Source: the human T2T-CHM13v2.0 reference genome, Homo sapiens
Strand: one strand, 5' to 3'
Assembly: GCF_009914755.1 (NCBI RefSeq)
Contig: NC_060931.1
Length of the DNA stretch: 64,000 nt
In this document: positions 10,646-24,962 of the stretch, in pieces
How positions within the stretch are numbered: the first letter of the stretch is position 1
How the letters are laid out: every line of letters begins with the position of its first letter
Notes under the pieces: generated by a model
The model's input: the letters and a program-made list of their open reading frames with translations, nothing else
What the model was told of the DNA's origin: nothing
The model's database searches: none
Program-made: the position numbers and the translations under genes

Positions 10646-13600
10646 GTGATGTGTGCCTTCAACTCACAGAGTTTAACCTTTCTTTTCTTAGAGCAGTTTA
10701 GAAACACTCTGCTTGTTATGTCTGCAAGTGGATATTTGGACCTCTTTGAGGCCTTCGTTGCAAACGGGGTTTCTTCCTTTAATGCTAGACTAAGAAGAGT
10801 TCTCAGTAACTTTTTTGTGTTGTGTGTATTCAACTCACAGAGTTGAACCTTGCTTTAGAGAGAGCAGATTTGAAACACTCTCGCTGTGGAATTTTCAGGT
10901 GGAGATTTCAAGCGATTTGAGAACAATTGCAGAAAAGGAAATATCTTCGTATAATAACCAGACAGAATCATTCTCAGAAAGTGCTTTGTGATGTGTGCGT
11001 TCAACTCACAGAGTTTAACCTTTCTTTTCATAGAGGAGTTTGGAAACACACTGTTTGTAAAGTCTGCAATTGGATATATGGACCTGTTTGAGGCCTTCGT
11101 TGGAAACGGGATTTCTTCATTGAATGCTAGACGGAAGGATTCTCAGTAAATTCTTTGTGTTGTGTGCATTCAACTCACAGAGTGGAACGTCCCTTTAGAC
11201 AGAGCAGATTTGAAACACTCTTTTTGCGGAATTTGCAAGTGGAGATTTCTAGCCATTTGATGCCAACAGTAGAAAGGGAAATATCTTCAAATAAAAACCA
11301 GACAGAATCATTCTCAGCAAATTCTTTGTGATGTGTGCGTTCAACTCACATAGTTTAACCTTTCTTTTCATAGAGCAGTTTGGAAACACTCTGTTTGTAA
11401 AGTCTGCAAGTGGATATATGGACCGCATTGAGGCCTTCGTTGGAAACGGGATTTCTTCATTTCATACTAGACAGAAGAATTCTCAGTAACTTCTTTGTGC
11501 TGTGTGTATTCAACTCACAGAGTGGAACGTCCCTTTGCACAGAGCAGATTTGAAACACTCTTTTTGTGGAGTTTGCTAGTGGAGATTTCAAGCGATTTGA
11601 TGCCAACAGTAGAAGAGGAAATATCTTCAAATAAAAACTAGACAGAATCATTCTCAGAAACTACTTTGTGATGTGTGCCTTTAACTCACAGAGTTTAACC
11701 TTTCTTTTCTTAGAGCAGTTTAGAAACACTCTGCTTGTTATGTCTGCAAGTGGATATTTGGACCTCTTTGAGGCCTTCGTTGCAAACGGGGTTTCTTCCT
11801 TTCATGCTAGACTAAGAAGAGTTCTCAGTAACTTTTTTGTGTTGTGTGTATTCAACTCACAGAGTTGAACCTTGCTTTAGAGAGAGCAGATTTGAAACAC
11901 TCTTGCTGTGGCATTTTCAGGTGGAGATTTCAAGCGATTTGAGGACAATTGCAGAAAAGGAAATATCTTCGTATAATAACCAGACAGAATCATTCTCAGA
12001 AAGTGCTTTGTGATGTGTGCGTTCAACTCACAGAGTTTAACCTTTCTTTTCATAGAGGAGTTTGGAAACACACTGTTTGTAAAGTCTGCAATTGGATATA
12101 TGGACCTGTTTGAGGCCTCCGTTGGAAACGGGATTTCTTCATTGAATGCTAGACGGAAGAATTCTCAGTAAATTCTTTGTGTTGTGTGCATTCAACTCAC
12201 AGAGTGGAACGTCCCTTTAGACAGAGCAGATTTGAAACACTCTTTTTGCGGAATTTGCAAGTGGAGATTTCTAGCCATTTGATGCCAACAGTAGAAAGGG
12301 AAATATCTTCAAATAAAAACCAGACAGAATCATTCTCAGAAAATTCTTTGTGATGTGTGCGTTCAACTCACATAGTTTAACCTTTCTTTTCATAGAGCAG
12401 TTTGGAAACACTCTGTTTGTAAAGTCTGCAAGTGGATATATGGACCGCATTGAGGCCTTCGTTGGAAACGGGATTTCTTCATTTCATGCTAGACAGAAGA
12501 ATTCTCAGTAACTTCTTTGTGCTGTGTGTATTCAACTCACAGAGTGGAACGTCCCTTTGCAGAGAGCAGATTTGAAACACTCTTTTTGTGGAGTTTGCAA
12601 GTGGAGATTTCAAGCGATTTGATGCCAACAGTAGAAAAGGAAATATCTTCAAATAAAAACTAGACAGAATCATTCTCAGAAACTACTTTGTGATGTGTGC
12701 CTTCAACTCACAGAGTTTAACCTTTCTTTTCTTAGAGCAGTTTAGAAACACTCTGCTTGTTATGTCTGCAAGTGGATATTTGGACCTCTTTGAGGCCTTC
12801 GTTGCAAACGGGGTTTCTTCCTTTCATGCTAGACTAAGAAGAGTTCTCAGTAACTTTTTTGTGTTGTGTGTATTCAACTCACAGAGTTGAACCTTGCTTT
12901 AGAGAGAGCAGATTTGAAACACTCCTGCTGTGGCATTTTCAGGTGGAGATTTCAAGCGATTTGAGGACAATTGCAGAAAAGGAAATATCTTCGTATAATA
13001 ACCAGACAGAATCATTCTCAGAAAGTGCTTTGTGATGTGTGCGTTCAACTCACAGAGTTTAACCTTTCTTTTCATAGAGGAGTTTGGAAACACACTGTTT
13101 GTAAAGTCTGCAAGTGGATATATGGACCTGTTTGAGGCCTTCGTTGGAAACGGGATTTCTTCATTGAATGCTAGACGGAAGAATTCTCAGTAAATTCTTT
13201 GTGTTGTGTGCATTCAACTCACAGAGTGGAACGTCCCTTTAGACAGAGCAGATTTGAAACACTCTTTTTGTGGAGTTTGCAAGTGGAGATTTCAAGCGAT
13301 TTGATGCCAACAGTAGAAAAGGAAATATCTTCAAATAAAAACTAGACAGAATCATTCTCAGAATCTACTTTGTGATGTGTGCCTTCAACTCACAGAGTTT
13401 AACCTTTCTTTTCTTAGAGCAGTTTAGAAACACTCTGCTTGTTATGTCTGCAAGTGGATATTTGGACCTCTTTGAGGCCTTCGTTGCAAACGGGGTTTCT
13501 TCCTTTCATGCTAGACTAAGAAGAGTTCTCAGTAACTTTTTTGTGTTGTGTGTATTCAACTCACAGAGTTGAACCTTGCTTTAGAGAGAGCAGATTTGAA

Positions 13601-15415
13601 ACACTCTTGCTGTGGCATTTTCAGGTGGAGATTTCAAGCGATTTGAGGACAATTGCAGAAAAGGAAATATCTTCGTATAATAACCAGACAGAATCATTCT
13701 CAGAAAGTGCTTTGTGATGTGTGCGTTCAACTCACAGAGTTTAACCTTTCTTTTCATAGAGGAGTTTGGAAACACACTGTTTGTAAAGTCTGCAAGTGGA
13801 TATATGGACCTGTTTGAGGCCTTCGTTGGAAACGGGATTTCTTCATTGAATGCTAGACGGAAGAATTCTCAGTAAATTCTTTGTGTTGTGTGCATTCAAC
13901 TCACAGAGTGGAACGTCCCTTTAGACAGAGCAGATTTGAAACACTCTTTTTGCGGAATTTGCAAGTGGAGATTTCTAGCCATTTGATGCCAACAGTAGAA
14001 AGGGAAATATCTTCAAATAAAAACCAGACAGAATCATTCTCAGCAAATTCTTTGTGATGTGTGCGTTCAACTCACATAGTTTAACCTTTCTTTTCATAGA
14101 GCAGTTTGGAAACACTCTGTTTGTAAAGTCTGCAAGTGGATATATGGACCGCATTGAGGCCTTCGTTGGAAACGGGATTTCTTCATTTCATGCTAGACAG
14201 AAGAATTCTCAGTAACTTCTTTGTGCTGTGTGTATTCAACTCACAGAGTGGAACGTCCCTTTGCACAGAGCAGATTTGAAACACTCTTTTTGTGGAGTTT
14301 GCAAGTGGAGATTTCAAGCGATTTGATGCCAACAGTAGAAAAGGAAATATCTTCAAATAAAAACTAGACAGAATCATTCTCAGAAACTACTTTGTGATGT
14401 GTGCCTTCAACTCACAGAGTTTAACCTTTCTTTTCTTAGAGCAGCTTAGAAACACTCTGCTTGTTATGTCTGCAAGTGGATATTTGGACCTCTTTGAGGC
14501 CTTCGTTGCAAACGGGGTTTCTTCCTTTCATGCTAGACTAAGAAGAGTTCTCAGTAACTTTTTTGTGTTGTGTGTATTCAACTCACAGAGTTGAACCTTG
14601 CTTTAGAGAGAGCAGATTTGAAACACTCTTGCTGTGGCATTTTCAGGTGGAGATTTCAAGCGATTTGAGGACAATTGCAGAAAAGGAAATATCTTCGTAT
14701 AATAACCAGACAGAATCATTCTCAGAAAGTGCTTTGTGATGTGTGCGTTCAACTCACAGAGTTTAACCTTTCTTTTCATAGAGGAGTTTGGAAACACACT
14801 GTTTGTAAAGTCTGCAAGTGGATACATGGACCTGTTTGAGGCCTTCGTTGGAAACGGGATTTCTTCATTGAATGCTAGACGGAAGAATTCTCAGTAAATT
14901 CTTTGTGTTGTGTGCATTCAACTCACAGAGTGGAACGTCCCTTTAGACAGAGCAGATTTGAAACACTCTTTTTGCGGAATTTGCAAGTGGAGATTTCTAG
15001 CCATTTGATGCCAACAGTAGAAAGGGAAATATCTTCAAATAAAAACCAGACAGAATCATTCTCAGAAAATTCTTTGTGATGTGTGCGTTCAACTCACATA
15101 GTTTAACCTTTCTTTTCATAGAGCAGTTTGGAAACACTCTGTTTGTAAAGTCTGCAAGTGGATATATGGACCGCATTGAGGCCTTCGTTGGAAACGGGAT
15201 TTCTTCATTTCATGCTAGACAGAAGAATTCTCAGTAACTTCTTTGTGCTGTGTGTATTCAACTCACAGAGTGGAACGTCCCTTTGCACAGAGCAGATTTG
15301 AAACACTCTTTTTGTGGAGTTTGCAAGTGGAGATTTCAAGCGATTTGATGCCAACAGTAGAAAAGGAAATATCTTCAAATAAAAACTAGACAGAATCATT
15401 CTCAGAAACTACTTT
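10646..15415 (+). repeat. Third, dispersed copy of the 4770-bp super-unit
   Basis: Same marker series (gagaacaatt, gctagt, agaagagg, gcagagag, ctcctg, 4-mer, gaatct, cagcaaatt, gcagctt, ggatacat) at offset 11591 from 22237. Confidence 0.9.
12690..13371 (+). repeat. 4-mer (682 bp) HOR deletion variant, subtype A
   Basis: The period drops to 682 and the gaccgcatt dimer is absent. Hybrid monomer tttAGacagagcagatttgaaacactctttttgTggaG has its junction within 13243-13270. Markers are cactcctgct and downstream gaatctact. Confidence 0.95.
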
Positions 15416-16401
15416 GTGATGTGTGCCTTCAACTCACAGAGTTTAACCTTTCTTTTCTTAGAGCAGTTTAGAAACACTCTGCTTGTTATGTCTGCAAGTG
15501 GATATTTGGACCTCTTTGAGGCCTTCGTTGCAAACGGGGTTTCTTCCTTTCATGCTAGACTAAGAAGAGTTCTCAGTAACTTTTTTGTGTTGTGTGTATT
15601 CAACTCACAGAGTTGAACCTTGCTTTAGAGAGAGCAGATTTGAAACACTCTTGCTGTGGCATTTTCAGGTGGAGATTTCAAGCGATTTGAGGACAATTGC
15701 AGAAAAGGAAATATCTTCGTATAATAACCAGACAGAATCATTCTCAGAAAGTGCTTTGTGATGTGCGCGTTCAACTCACAGAGTTTAACCTTTCTTTTCA
15801 TAGAGGAGTTTGGAAACACACTGTTTGTAAAGTCTGCAAGTGGATACATGGACCTGTTTGAGGCCTTCGTTGGAAACGGGATTTCTTCATTGAATGCTAG
15901 ACGGAAGAATTCTCAGTAAATTCTTTGTGTTGTGTGCATTCAACTCACAGAGTGGAACGTCCCTTTAGACAGAGCAGATTTGAAACACTCTTTTTGCGGA
16001 ATTTGCAAGTGGAGATTTCTAGCCATTTGATGCCAACAGTAGAAAGGGAAATATCTTCAAATAAAAACCAGACAGAATCATTCTCAGAAAATTCTTTGTG
16101 ATGTGTGCGTTCAACTCACATAGTTTAACCTTTCTTTTCATAGAGCAGTTTGGAAACACTCTGTTTGTAAAGTCTGCAAGTGGATATATGGACCGCATTG
16201 AGGCCTTCGTTGGAAACGGGATTTCTTCATTTCATGCTAGACAGAAGAATTCTCAGTAACTTCTTTGTGCTGTGTGTATTCAACTCACAGAGTGGAACGT
16301 CCCTTTGCACAGAGCAGATTTGAAACACTCTTTTTGTGGAGTTTGCAAGTGGAGATTTCAAGCGATTTGATGCCAACAGTAGAAAAGGAAATATCTTCAA
16401 A

Positions 16402-16415
16402 TAAAAACTAAAAAC
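16402..16415 (+). repeat. 7-bp tandem duplication (taaaaac)x2 giving a 1029-bp HOR
   Basis: caaataaaaactaaaaactagac versus the normal caaataaaaactagac. Period 15416->16445 = 1029. Confidence 0.95.
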
Positions 16416-17466
16416 TAGACAGAATCATTCTCAGAAACTACTTTGTGATGTGTGCCTTCAACTCACAGAGTTTAACCTTTCTTTTCTTAGAGCAGTTTAG
16501 AAACACTCTGCTTGTTATGTCTGCAAGTGGATATTTGGACCTCTTTGAGGCCTTCGTTGCAAACGGGGTTTCTTCCTTTCATGCTAGACTAAGAAGAGTT
16601 CTCAGTAACTTTTTTGTGTTGTGTGTATTCAACTCACAGAGTTCAACCTTGCTTTAGAGAGAGCAGATTTGAAACACTCTCGCTGTGGAATTTTCAGGTG
16701 GAGATTTCAAGCGATTTGAGGACAATTGCAGAAAAGGAAATATCTTCGTATAATAACCAGACAGAATCATTCTCAGAAAGTACTTTGTGATGTGTGCGTT
16801 CAACTCACAGAGTTTAACCTTTCTTTTCATAGAGGAGTTTGGAAACACACTGTTTGTAAAGTCTGCAATTGGATATATGGACCTGTTTGAGGCCTTCGTT
16901 GGAAACGGGATTTCTTCATTGAATGCTAGACGGAAGGATTCTCAGTAAATTCTTTGTGTTGTGTGCATTCAACTCACAGAGTGGAACGTCCCTTTAGACA
17001 GAGCAGATTTGAAACACTCTTTTTGCGGAATTTGCAAGTGGAGATTTCTAGCCATTTGATGCCAACAGTAGACAGGGAAACATCTTCAAATAAAAACCAG
17101 ACAGAATCATTCTCAGAAAATTCTTTGTGATGTGTGCGTTCAACTCACATAGTTTAACCTTTCTTTTCATAGAGCAGTTTGGAAACACTCTGTTTGTAAA
17201 GTCTGCAAGTGGATATATGGACCGCATTGAGGCCTTCGTTGGAAAAGGGATTTCTTCATTTCATGCTAGACAGAAGAATTCTCAGTAACTTCTTTGTGCT
17301 GTGTGTATTCAACTCACAGAGTGGAACGTCCCTTTGCACAGAGCAGATTTGAAACACTCTTTTTGTGGAGTTTGCAAGTGGAGATTTCAAGCGATTTGAT
17401 GCCAACAGTAGAAAAGGAAATATCTTCAAATAAAAACTAGACAGAATCATTCTCAGAAACTACTTT

Positions 17467-18148
17467 GTGATGTGTGCCTTCAACTCACAGAGTTTAACCT
17501 TTCTTTTCTTAGAGCAGTTTAGAAACACTCTGCTTGTTATGTCTGCAAGTGGATATTTGGACCTCTTTGAGGCCTTCGTTGCAAACGGGGTTTCTTCCTT
17601 TCATGCTAGACTAAGAAGAGTTCTCAGTAACTTTTTTGTGTTGTGTGTATTCAACTCACAGAGTTGAACCTTGCTTTAGAGAGAGCAGATTTGAAACACT
17701 CTTGCTGTGGCATTTTCAGGTGGAGATTTCAAGCGATTTGAGGACAATTGCAGAAAAGGAAATATCTTCGTATAATAACCAGACAGAATCATTCTCAGAA
17801 AGTGCTTTGTGATGTGTGCGTTCAACTCACAGAGTTTAAACTTTCTTTTCATAGAGGAGTTTGGAAACACACTGTTTGTAAAGTCTGCAAGTGGATATAT
17901 GGACCTGTTTGAGGCCTTCGTTGGAAACGGGATTTCTTCATTGAATGCTAGACGGAAGAATTCTCAGTAAATTCTTTGTGTTGTGTGCATTCAACTCACA
18001 GAGTGGAACGTCCCTTTAGACAGAGCAGATTTGAAACACTCTTTTTGTGGAGTTTGCAAGTGGAGATTTCAAGCGATTTGATGCCAACAGTAGAAAAGGA
18101 AATATCTTCAAATAAAAACTAGACAGAATCATTCTCAGAAACTACTTT
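17467..18148 (+). repeat. 4-mer (682 bp) HOR deletion variant, subtype B
   Basis: 682-bp period, same hybrid monomer, marker gagtttaaact. Confidence 0.95.
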
Positions 18149-21100
18149 GTGATGTGTGCCTTCAACTCACAGAGTTTAACCTTTCTTTTCTTAGAGCAGT
18201 TTAGAAACACTCTGCTTGTTATGTCTGCAAGTGGATATTTGGACCTCTTTGAGGCCTTCGTTGCAAACTGGGTTTCTTCCTTTCATGCTAGACTAAGAAG
18301 AGTTCTCAGTAACTTTTTTGTGTTGTGTGTATTCAACTCACAGAGTTGAACCTTGCTTTAGAGAGAGCAGATTTGAAACACTCTTGCTGTGGCATTTTCA
18401 GGTGGAGATTTCAAGCGATTTGAGGACAATTGCAGAAAAGGAAATATCTTCGTATAATAACCAGACAGAATCATTCTCAGAAAGTGCTTTGTGATGTGTG
18501 CGTTCAACTCACAGAGTTTAACCTTTCTTTTCATAGAGGAGTTTGGAAACACACTGTTTGTAAAGTCTGCAAGTGGATATATGGACCTGTTTGAGGCCTT
18601 CGTTGGAAACGGGATTTCTTCATTGAATGCTAGACGGAAGAATTCTCAGTAAATTCTTTGTGTTGTGTGCATTCAACTCACAGAGTGGAACGTCCCTTTA
18701 GACAGAGCAGATTTGAAACACTCTTTTTGCGGAATTTGCAAGTGGAGATTTCTAGCCATTTGATGCCAACAGTAGAAAGGGAAATATCTTCAAATAAAAA
18801 CCAGACAGAATCATTCTCAGAAAATTCTTTTTGATGTGTGCGTTCAACTCACATAGTTTAACCTTTCTTTTCATAGAGCAGTTTGGAAACACTCTGTTTG
18901 TAAAGTCTGCAAGTGGATATATGGACCGCATTGAGGCCTTCGTTGGAAACGGGATTTCTTCATTTCATGCTAGACAGAAGAATTCTCAGTAACTTCTTTG
19001 TGCTGTGTGTATTCAACTCACAGAGTGGAACGTCCCTTTGCACAGAGCAGATTTGAAACACTCTTTTTGTGGAGTTTGCAAGTGGAGATTTCAAGCGATT
19101 TGATGCCAACAGTAGAAAAGGAAATATCTTCAAATAAAAACTAGACAGAATCATTCTCAGAAACTACTTTGTGATGTGTGCCTTCAACTCACAGAGTTTA
19201 ACCTTTCTTTTCTTAGAGCAGTTTAGAAACACTCTGCTTGTTATGTCTGCAAGTGGATATTTGGACCTCTTTGAGGCCTTCGTTGCAAACGGGGTTTCTT
19301 CCTTTCATGCTAGACTAAGAAGAGTTCTCAGTAACTTTTTTGTGTTGTGTGTATTCAACTCACAGAGTTGAACCTTGCTTTAGAGAGAGCAGATTTGAAA
19401 CACTCTTGCTGTGGCATTTTCAGGTGGAGATTTCAAGCGATTTGAGGACAATTGCAGAAAAGGAAATATCTTCGTATAATAACCAGACAGAATCATTCTC
19501 AGAAAGTGCTTTGTGATGTGTGCGTTCAACTCACAGAGTTTAACCTTTCTTTTCATAGAGGAGTTTGGAAACACACTGTTTGTAAAGTCTGCAAGTGGAT
19601 ATATGGACCTGTTTGAGGCCTTCGTTGGAAACGGGATTTCTTCATTGAATGCTAGACGGAAGAATTCTCAGTAAATTCTTTGTGTTGTGTGCATTCAACT
19701 CACAGAGTGGAACGTCCCTTTAGACAGAGCAGATTTGAAACACTCTTTTTGCGGAATTTGCAAGTGGAGATTTCTAGCCATTTGATGCCAACAGTAGAAA
19801 GGGAAATATCTTCAAATAAAAACCAGACAGAATCATTCTCAGAAAATTCTTTGTGATTTGTGCGTTCAACTCACATAGTTTAACCTTTCTTTTCATAGAG
19901 CAGTTTGGAAACACTCTGTTTGTAAAGTCTGCAAGTGGATATATGGACCGCATTGAGGCCTTCGTTGGAAACGGGATTTCTTCATTTCATGCTAGACAGA
20001 AGAATTCTCAGTAACTTCTTTGTGCTGTGTGTATTCAACTCACAGAGTGGAACGTCCCTTTGCACAGAGCAGATTTGAAACACTCTTTTTGTGGAGTTTG
20101 CAAGTGGAGATTTCAAGCGATTTGATGCCAACAGTAGAAAAGGAAATATCTTCAAATAAAAACTAGACAGAATCATTCTCAGAAACTACTTTGTGATGTG
20201 TGCCTTCAACTCACAGAGTTTAACCTTTCTTTTCTTAGAGCAGTTTAGAAACACTCTGCTTGTTATGTCTGCAAGTGGATATTTGGACCTCTTTGAGGCC
20301 TTCGTTGCAAACGGGGTTTCTTCCTTTCATGCTAGACTAAGAAGAGTTCTCAGTAACTTTTTTGTGTTGTGTGTATTCAACTCACAGAGTTGAACCTTGC
20401 TTTAGAGAGAGCAGATTTGAAACACTCTTGCTGTGGCATTTTCAGGTGGAGATTTCAAGCGATTTGAGGACAATTGCAGAAAAGGAAATATCTTCGTATA
20501 ATAACCAGACAGAATCATTCTCAGAAAGTGCTTTGTGATGTGTGCGTTCAACTCACAGAGTTTAACCTTTCTTTTCATAGAGGAGTTTGGAAACACACTG
20601 TTTGTAAAGTCTGCAAGTGGATATATGGACCTGTTTGAGGCCTTCGTTGGAAACGGGATTTCTTCATTGAATGCTAGACGGAAGAATTCTCAGTAAATTC
20701 TTTGTGTTGTGTGCATTCAACTCACAGAGTGGAACGTCCCTTTAGACAGAGCAGATTTGAAACACTCTTTTTGCGGAATTTGCAAGTGGAGATTTCTAGC
20801 CATTTGATGCCAACAGTAGAAAGGGAAATATCTTCAAATAAAAACCAGACAGAATCATTCTCAGAAAATTCTTTGTGATGTGTGCGTTCAACTCACATAG
20901 TTTAACCTTTCTTTTCATAGAGCAGTTTGGAAACACTCTGTTTGTAAAGTCTGCAAGTGGATATATGGACCGCATTGAGGCCTTCGTTGGAAACGGGATT
21001 TCTTCATTTCATGCTAGACAGAAGAATTCTCAGTAACTTCTTTGTGCTGTGTGTATTCAACTCACAGAGTGGAACGTCCCTTTGCACAGAGCAGATTTGA

Positions 21101-24100
21101 AACACTCTTTTTGTGGAGTTTGCAAGTGGAGATTTCAAGCGATTTGATGCCAACAGTAGAAAAGGAAATATCTTCAAATAAAAACTAGACAGAATCATTC
21201 TCAGAAACTACTTTGTGATGTGTGCCTTCAACTCACAGAGTTTAACCTTTCTTTTCTTAGAGCAGTTTAGAAACACTCTGCTTGTTATGTCTGCAAGTGG
21301 ATATTTGGACCTCTTTGAGGCCTTCGTTGCAAACGGGGTTTCTTCCTTTCATGCTAGACTAAGAAGAGTTCTCAGTAACTTTTTTGTGTTGTGTGTATTC
21401 AACTCACAGAGTTGAACCTTGCTTTAGAGAGAGCAGATTTGAAACACTCTTGCTGTGGCATTTTCAGGTGGAGATTTCAAGCGATTTGAGGACAATTGCA
21501 GAAAAGGAAATATCTTCGTATAATAACCAGACAGAATCATTCTCAGAAAGTGCTTTGTGATGTGTGCGTTCAACTCACAGAGTTTAACCTTTCTTTTCAT
21601 AGAGGAGTTTGGAAACACACTGTTTGTAAAGTCTGCAAGTGGATATATGGACCTGTTTGAGGCCTTCGTTGGAAACGGGATTTCTTCATTGAATGCTAGA
21701 CGGAAGAATTCTCAGTAAATTCTTTGTGTTGTGTGCATTCAACTCACAGAGTGGAACGTCCCTTTAGACAGAGCAGATTTGAAACACTCTTTTTGCGGAA
21801 TTTGCAAGTGGAGATTTCTAGCCATTTGATGCCAACAGTAGAAAGGGAAATATCTTCAAATAAAAACCAGACAGAATCATTCTCAGAAAATTCTTTGTGA
21901 TGTGTGCGTTCAACTCACATAGTTTAACCTTTCTTTTCATAGAGCAGTTTGGAAACACTCTGTTTGTAAAGTCTGCAAGTGGATATATGGACCGCATTGA
22001 GGCCTTCGTTGGAAACGGGATTTCTTCATTTCATGCTAGACAGAAGAATTCTCAGTAACTTCTTTGTGCTGTGTGTATTCAACTCACAGAGTGGAACGTC
22101 CCTTTGCACAGAGCAGATTTGAAACACTCTTTTTGTGGAGTTTGCAAGTGGAGATTTCAAGCGATTTGATGCCAACAGTAGAAAAGGAAATATCTTCAAA
22201 TAAAAACTAGACAGAATCATTCTCAGAAACTACTTTGTGATGTGTGCCTTCAACTCACAGAGTTTAACCTTTCTTTTCTTAGAGCAGTTTAGAAACACTC
22301 TGCTTGTTATGTCTGCAAGTGGATATTTGGACCTCTTTGAGGCCTTCGTTGCAAACGGGGTTTCTTCCTTTAATGCTAGACTAAGAAGAGTTCTCAGTAA
22401 CTTTTTTGTGTTGTGTGTATTCAACTCACAGAGTTGAACCTTGCTTTAGAGAGAGCAGATTTGAAACACTCTCGCTGTGGAATTTTCAGGTGGAGATTTC
22501 AAGCGATTTGAGAACAATTGCAGAAAAGGAAATATCTTCGTATAATAACCAGACAGAATCATTCTCAGAAAGTGCTTTGTGATGTGTGCGTTCAACTCAC
22601 AGAGTTTAACCTTTCTTTTCATAGAGGAGTTTGGAAACACACTGTTTGTAAAGTCTGCAATTGGATATATGGACCTGTTTGAGGCCTTCGTTGGAAACGG
22701 GATTTCTTCATTGAATGCTAGACGGAAGGATTCTCAGTAAATTCTTTGTGTTGTGTGCATTCAACTCACAGAGTGGAACGTCCCTTTAGACAGAGCAGAT
22801 TTGAAACACTCTTTTTGCGGAATTTGCAAGTGGAGATTTCTAGCCATTTGATGCCAACAGTAGAAAGGGAAATATCTTCAAATAAAAACCAGACAGAATC
22901 ATTCTCAGAAAATTCTTTGTGATGTGTGCGTTCAACTCACATAGTTTAACCTTTCTTTTCATAGAGCAGTTTGGAAACACTCTGTTTGTAAAGTCTGCAA
23001 GTGGATATATGGACCGCATTGAGGCCTTCGTTGGAAACGGGATTTCTTCATTTCATACTAGACAGAAGAATTCTCAGTAACTTCTTTGTGCTGTGTGTAT
23101 TCAACTCACAGAGTGGAACGTCCCTTTGCACAGAGCAGATTTGAAACACTCTTTTTGTGGAGTTTGCTAGTGGAGATTTCAAGCGATTTGATGCCAACAG
23201 TAGAAGAGGAAATATCTTCAAATAAAAACTAGACAGAATCATTCTCAGAAACTACTTTGTGATGTGTGCCTTTAACTCACAGAGTTTAACCTTTCTTTTC
23301 TTAGAGCAGTTTAGAAACACTCTGCTTGTTATGTCTGCAAGTGGATATTTGGACCTCTTTGAGGCCTTCGTTGCAAACGGGGTTTCTTCCTTTCATGCTA
23401 GACTAAGAAGAGTTCTCAGTAACTTTTTTGTGTTGTGTGTATTCAACTCACAGAGTTGAACCTTGCTTTAGAGAGAGCAGATTTGAAACACTCTTGCTGT
23501 GGCATTTTCAGGTGGAGATTTCAAGCGATTTGAGGACAATTGCAGAAAAGGAAATATCTTCGTATAATAACCAGACAGAATCATTCTCAGAAAGTGCTTT
23601 GTGATGTGTGCGTTCAACTCACAGAGTTTAACCTTTCTTTTCATAGAGGAGTTTGGAAACACACTGTTTGTAAAGTCTGCAATTGGATATATGGACCTGT
23701 TTGAGGCCTTCGTTGGAAACGGGATTTCTTCATTGAATGCTAGACGGAAGAATTCTCAGTAAATTCTTTGTGTTGTGTGCATTCAACTCACAGAGTGGAA
23801 CGTCCCTTTAGACAGAGCAGATTTGAAACACTCTTTTTGCGGAATTTGCAAGTGGAGATTTCTAGCCATTTGATGCCAACAGTAGAAAGGGAAATATCTT
23901 CAAATAAAAACCAGACAGAATCATTCTCAGAAAATTCTTTGTGATGTGTGCGTTCAACTCACATAGTTTAACCTTTCTTTTCATAGAGCAGTTTGGAAAC
24001 ACTCTGTTTGTAAAGTCTGCAAGTGGATATATGGACCGCATTGAGGCCTTCGTTGGAAACGGGATTTCTTCATTTCATGCTAGACAGAAGAATTCTCAGT

Positions 24101-24280
24101 AACTTCTTTGTGCTGTGTGTATTCAACTCACAGAGTGGAACGTCCCTTTGCAGAGAGCAGATTTGAAACACTCTTTTTGTGGAGTTTGCAAGTGGAGATT
24201 TCAAGCGATTTGATGCCAACAGTAGAAAAGGAAATATCTTCAAATAAAAACTAGACAGAATCATTCTCAGAAACTACTTT

Positions 24281-24962
24281 GTGATGTGTGCCTTCAACTC
24301 ACAGAGTTTAACCTTTCTTTTCTTAGAGCAGTTTAGAAACACTCTGCTTGTTATGTCTGCAAGTGGATATTTGGACCTCTTTGAGGCCTTCGTTGCAAAC
24401 GGGGTTTCTTCCTTTCATGCTAGACTAAGAAGAGTTCTCAGTAACTTTTTTGTGTTGTGTGTATTCAACTCACAGAGTTGAACCTTGCTTTAGAGAGAGC
24501 AGATTTGAAACACTCCTGCTGTGGCATTTTCAGGTGGAGATTTCAAGCGATTTGAGGACAATTGCAGAAAAGGAAATATCTTCGTATAATAACCAGACAG
24601 AATCATTCTCAGAAAGTGCTTTGTGATGTGTGCGTTCAACTCACAGAGTTTAACCTTTCTTTTCATAGAGGAGTTTGGAAACACACTGTTTGTAAAGTCT
24701 GCAAGTGGATATATGGACCTGTTTGAGGCCTTCGTTGGAAACGGGATTTCTTCATTGAATGCTAGACGGAAGAATTCTCAGTAAATTCTTTGTGTTGTGT
24801 GCATTCAACTCACAGAGTGGAACGTCCCTTTAGACAGAGCAGATTTGAAACACTCTTTTTGTGGAGTTTGCAAGTGGAGATTTCAAGCGATTTGATGCCA
24901 ACAGTAGAAAAGGAAATATCTTCAAATAAAAACTAGACAGAATCATTCTCAGAATCTACTTT
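24281..24962 (+). repeat. 4-mer (682 bp) HOR deletion variant, subtype A
   Basis: 682-bp period, hybrid monomer, cactcctgct and gaatctact markers. Confidence 0.95.

Noticed and set aside
16402-16415. 7-bp duplication as a target-site duplication or excision footprint
   Set aside because: No element or remnant is present. Slippage in an A-rich tract followed by block duplication is sufficient.
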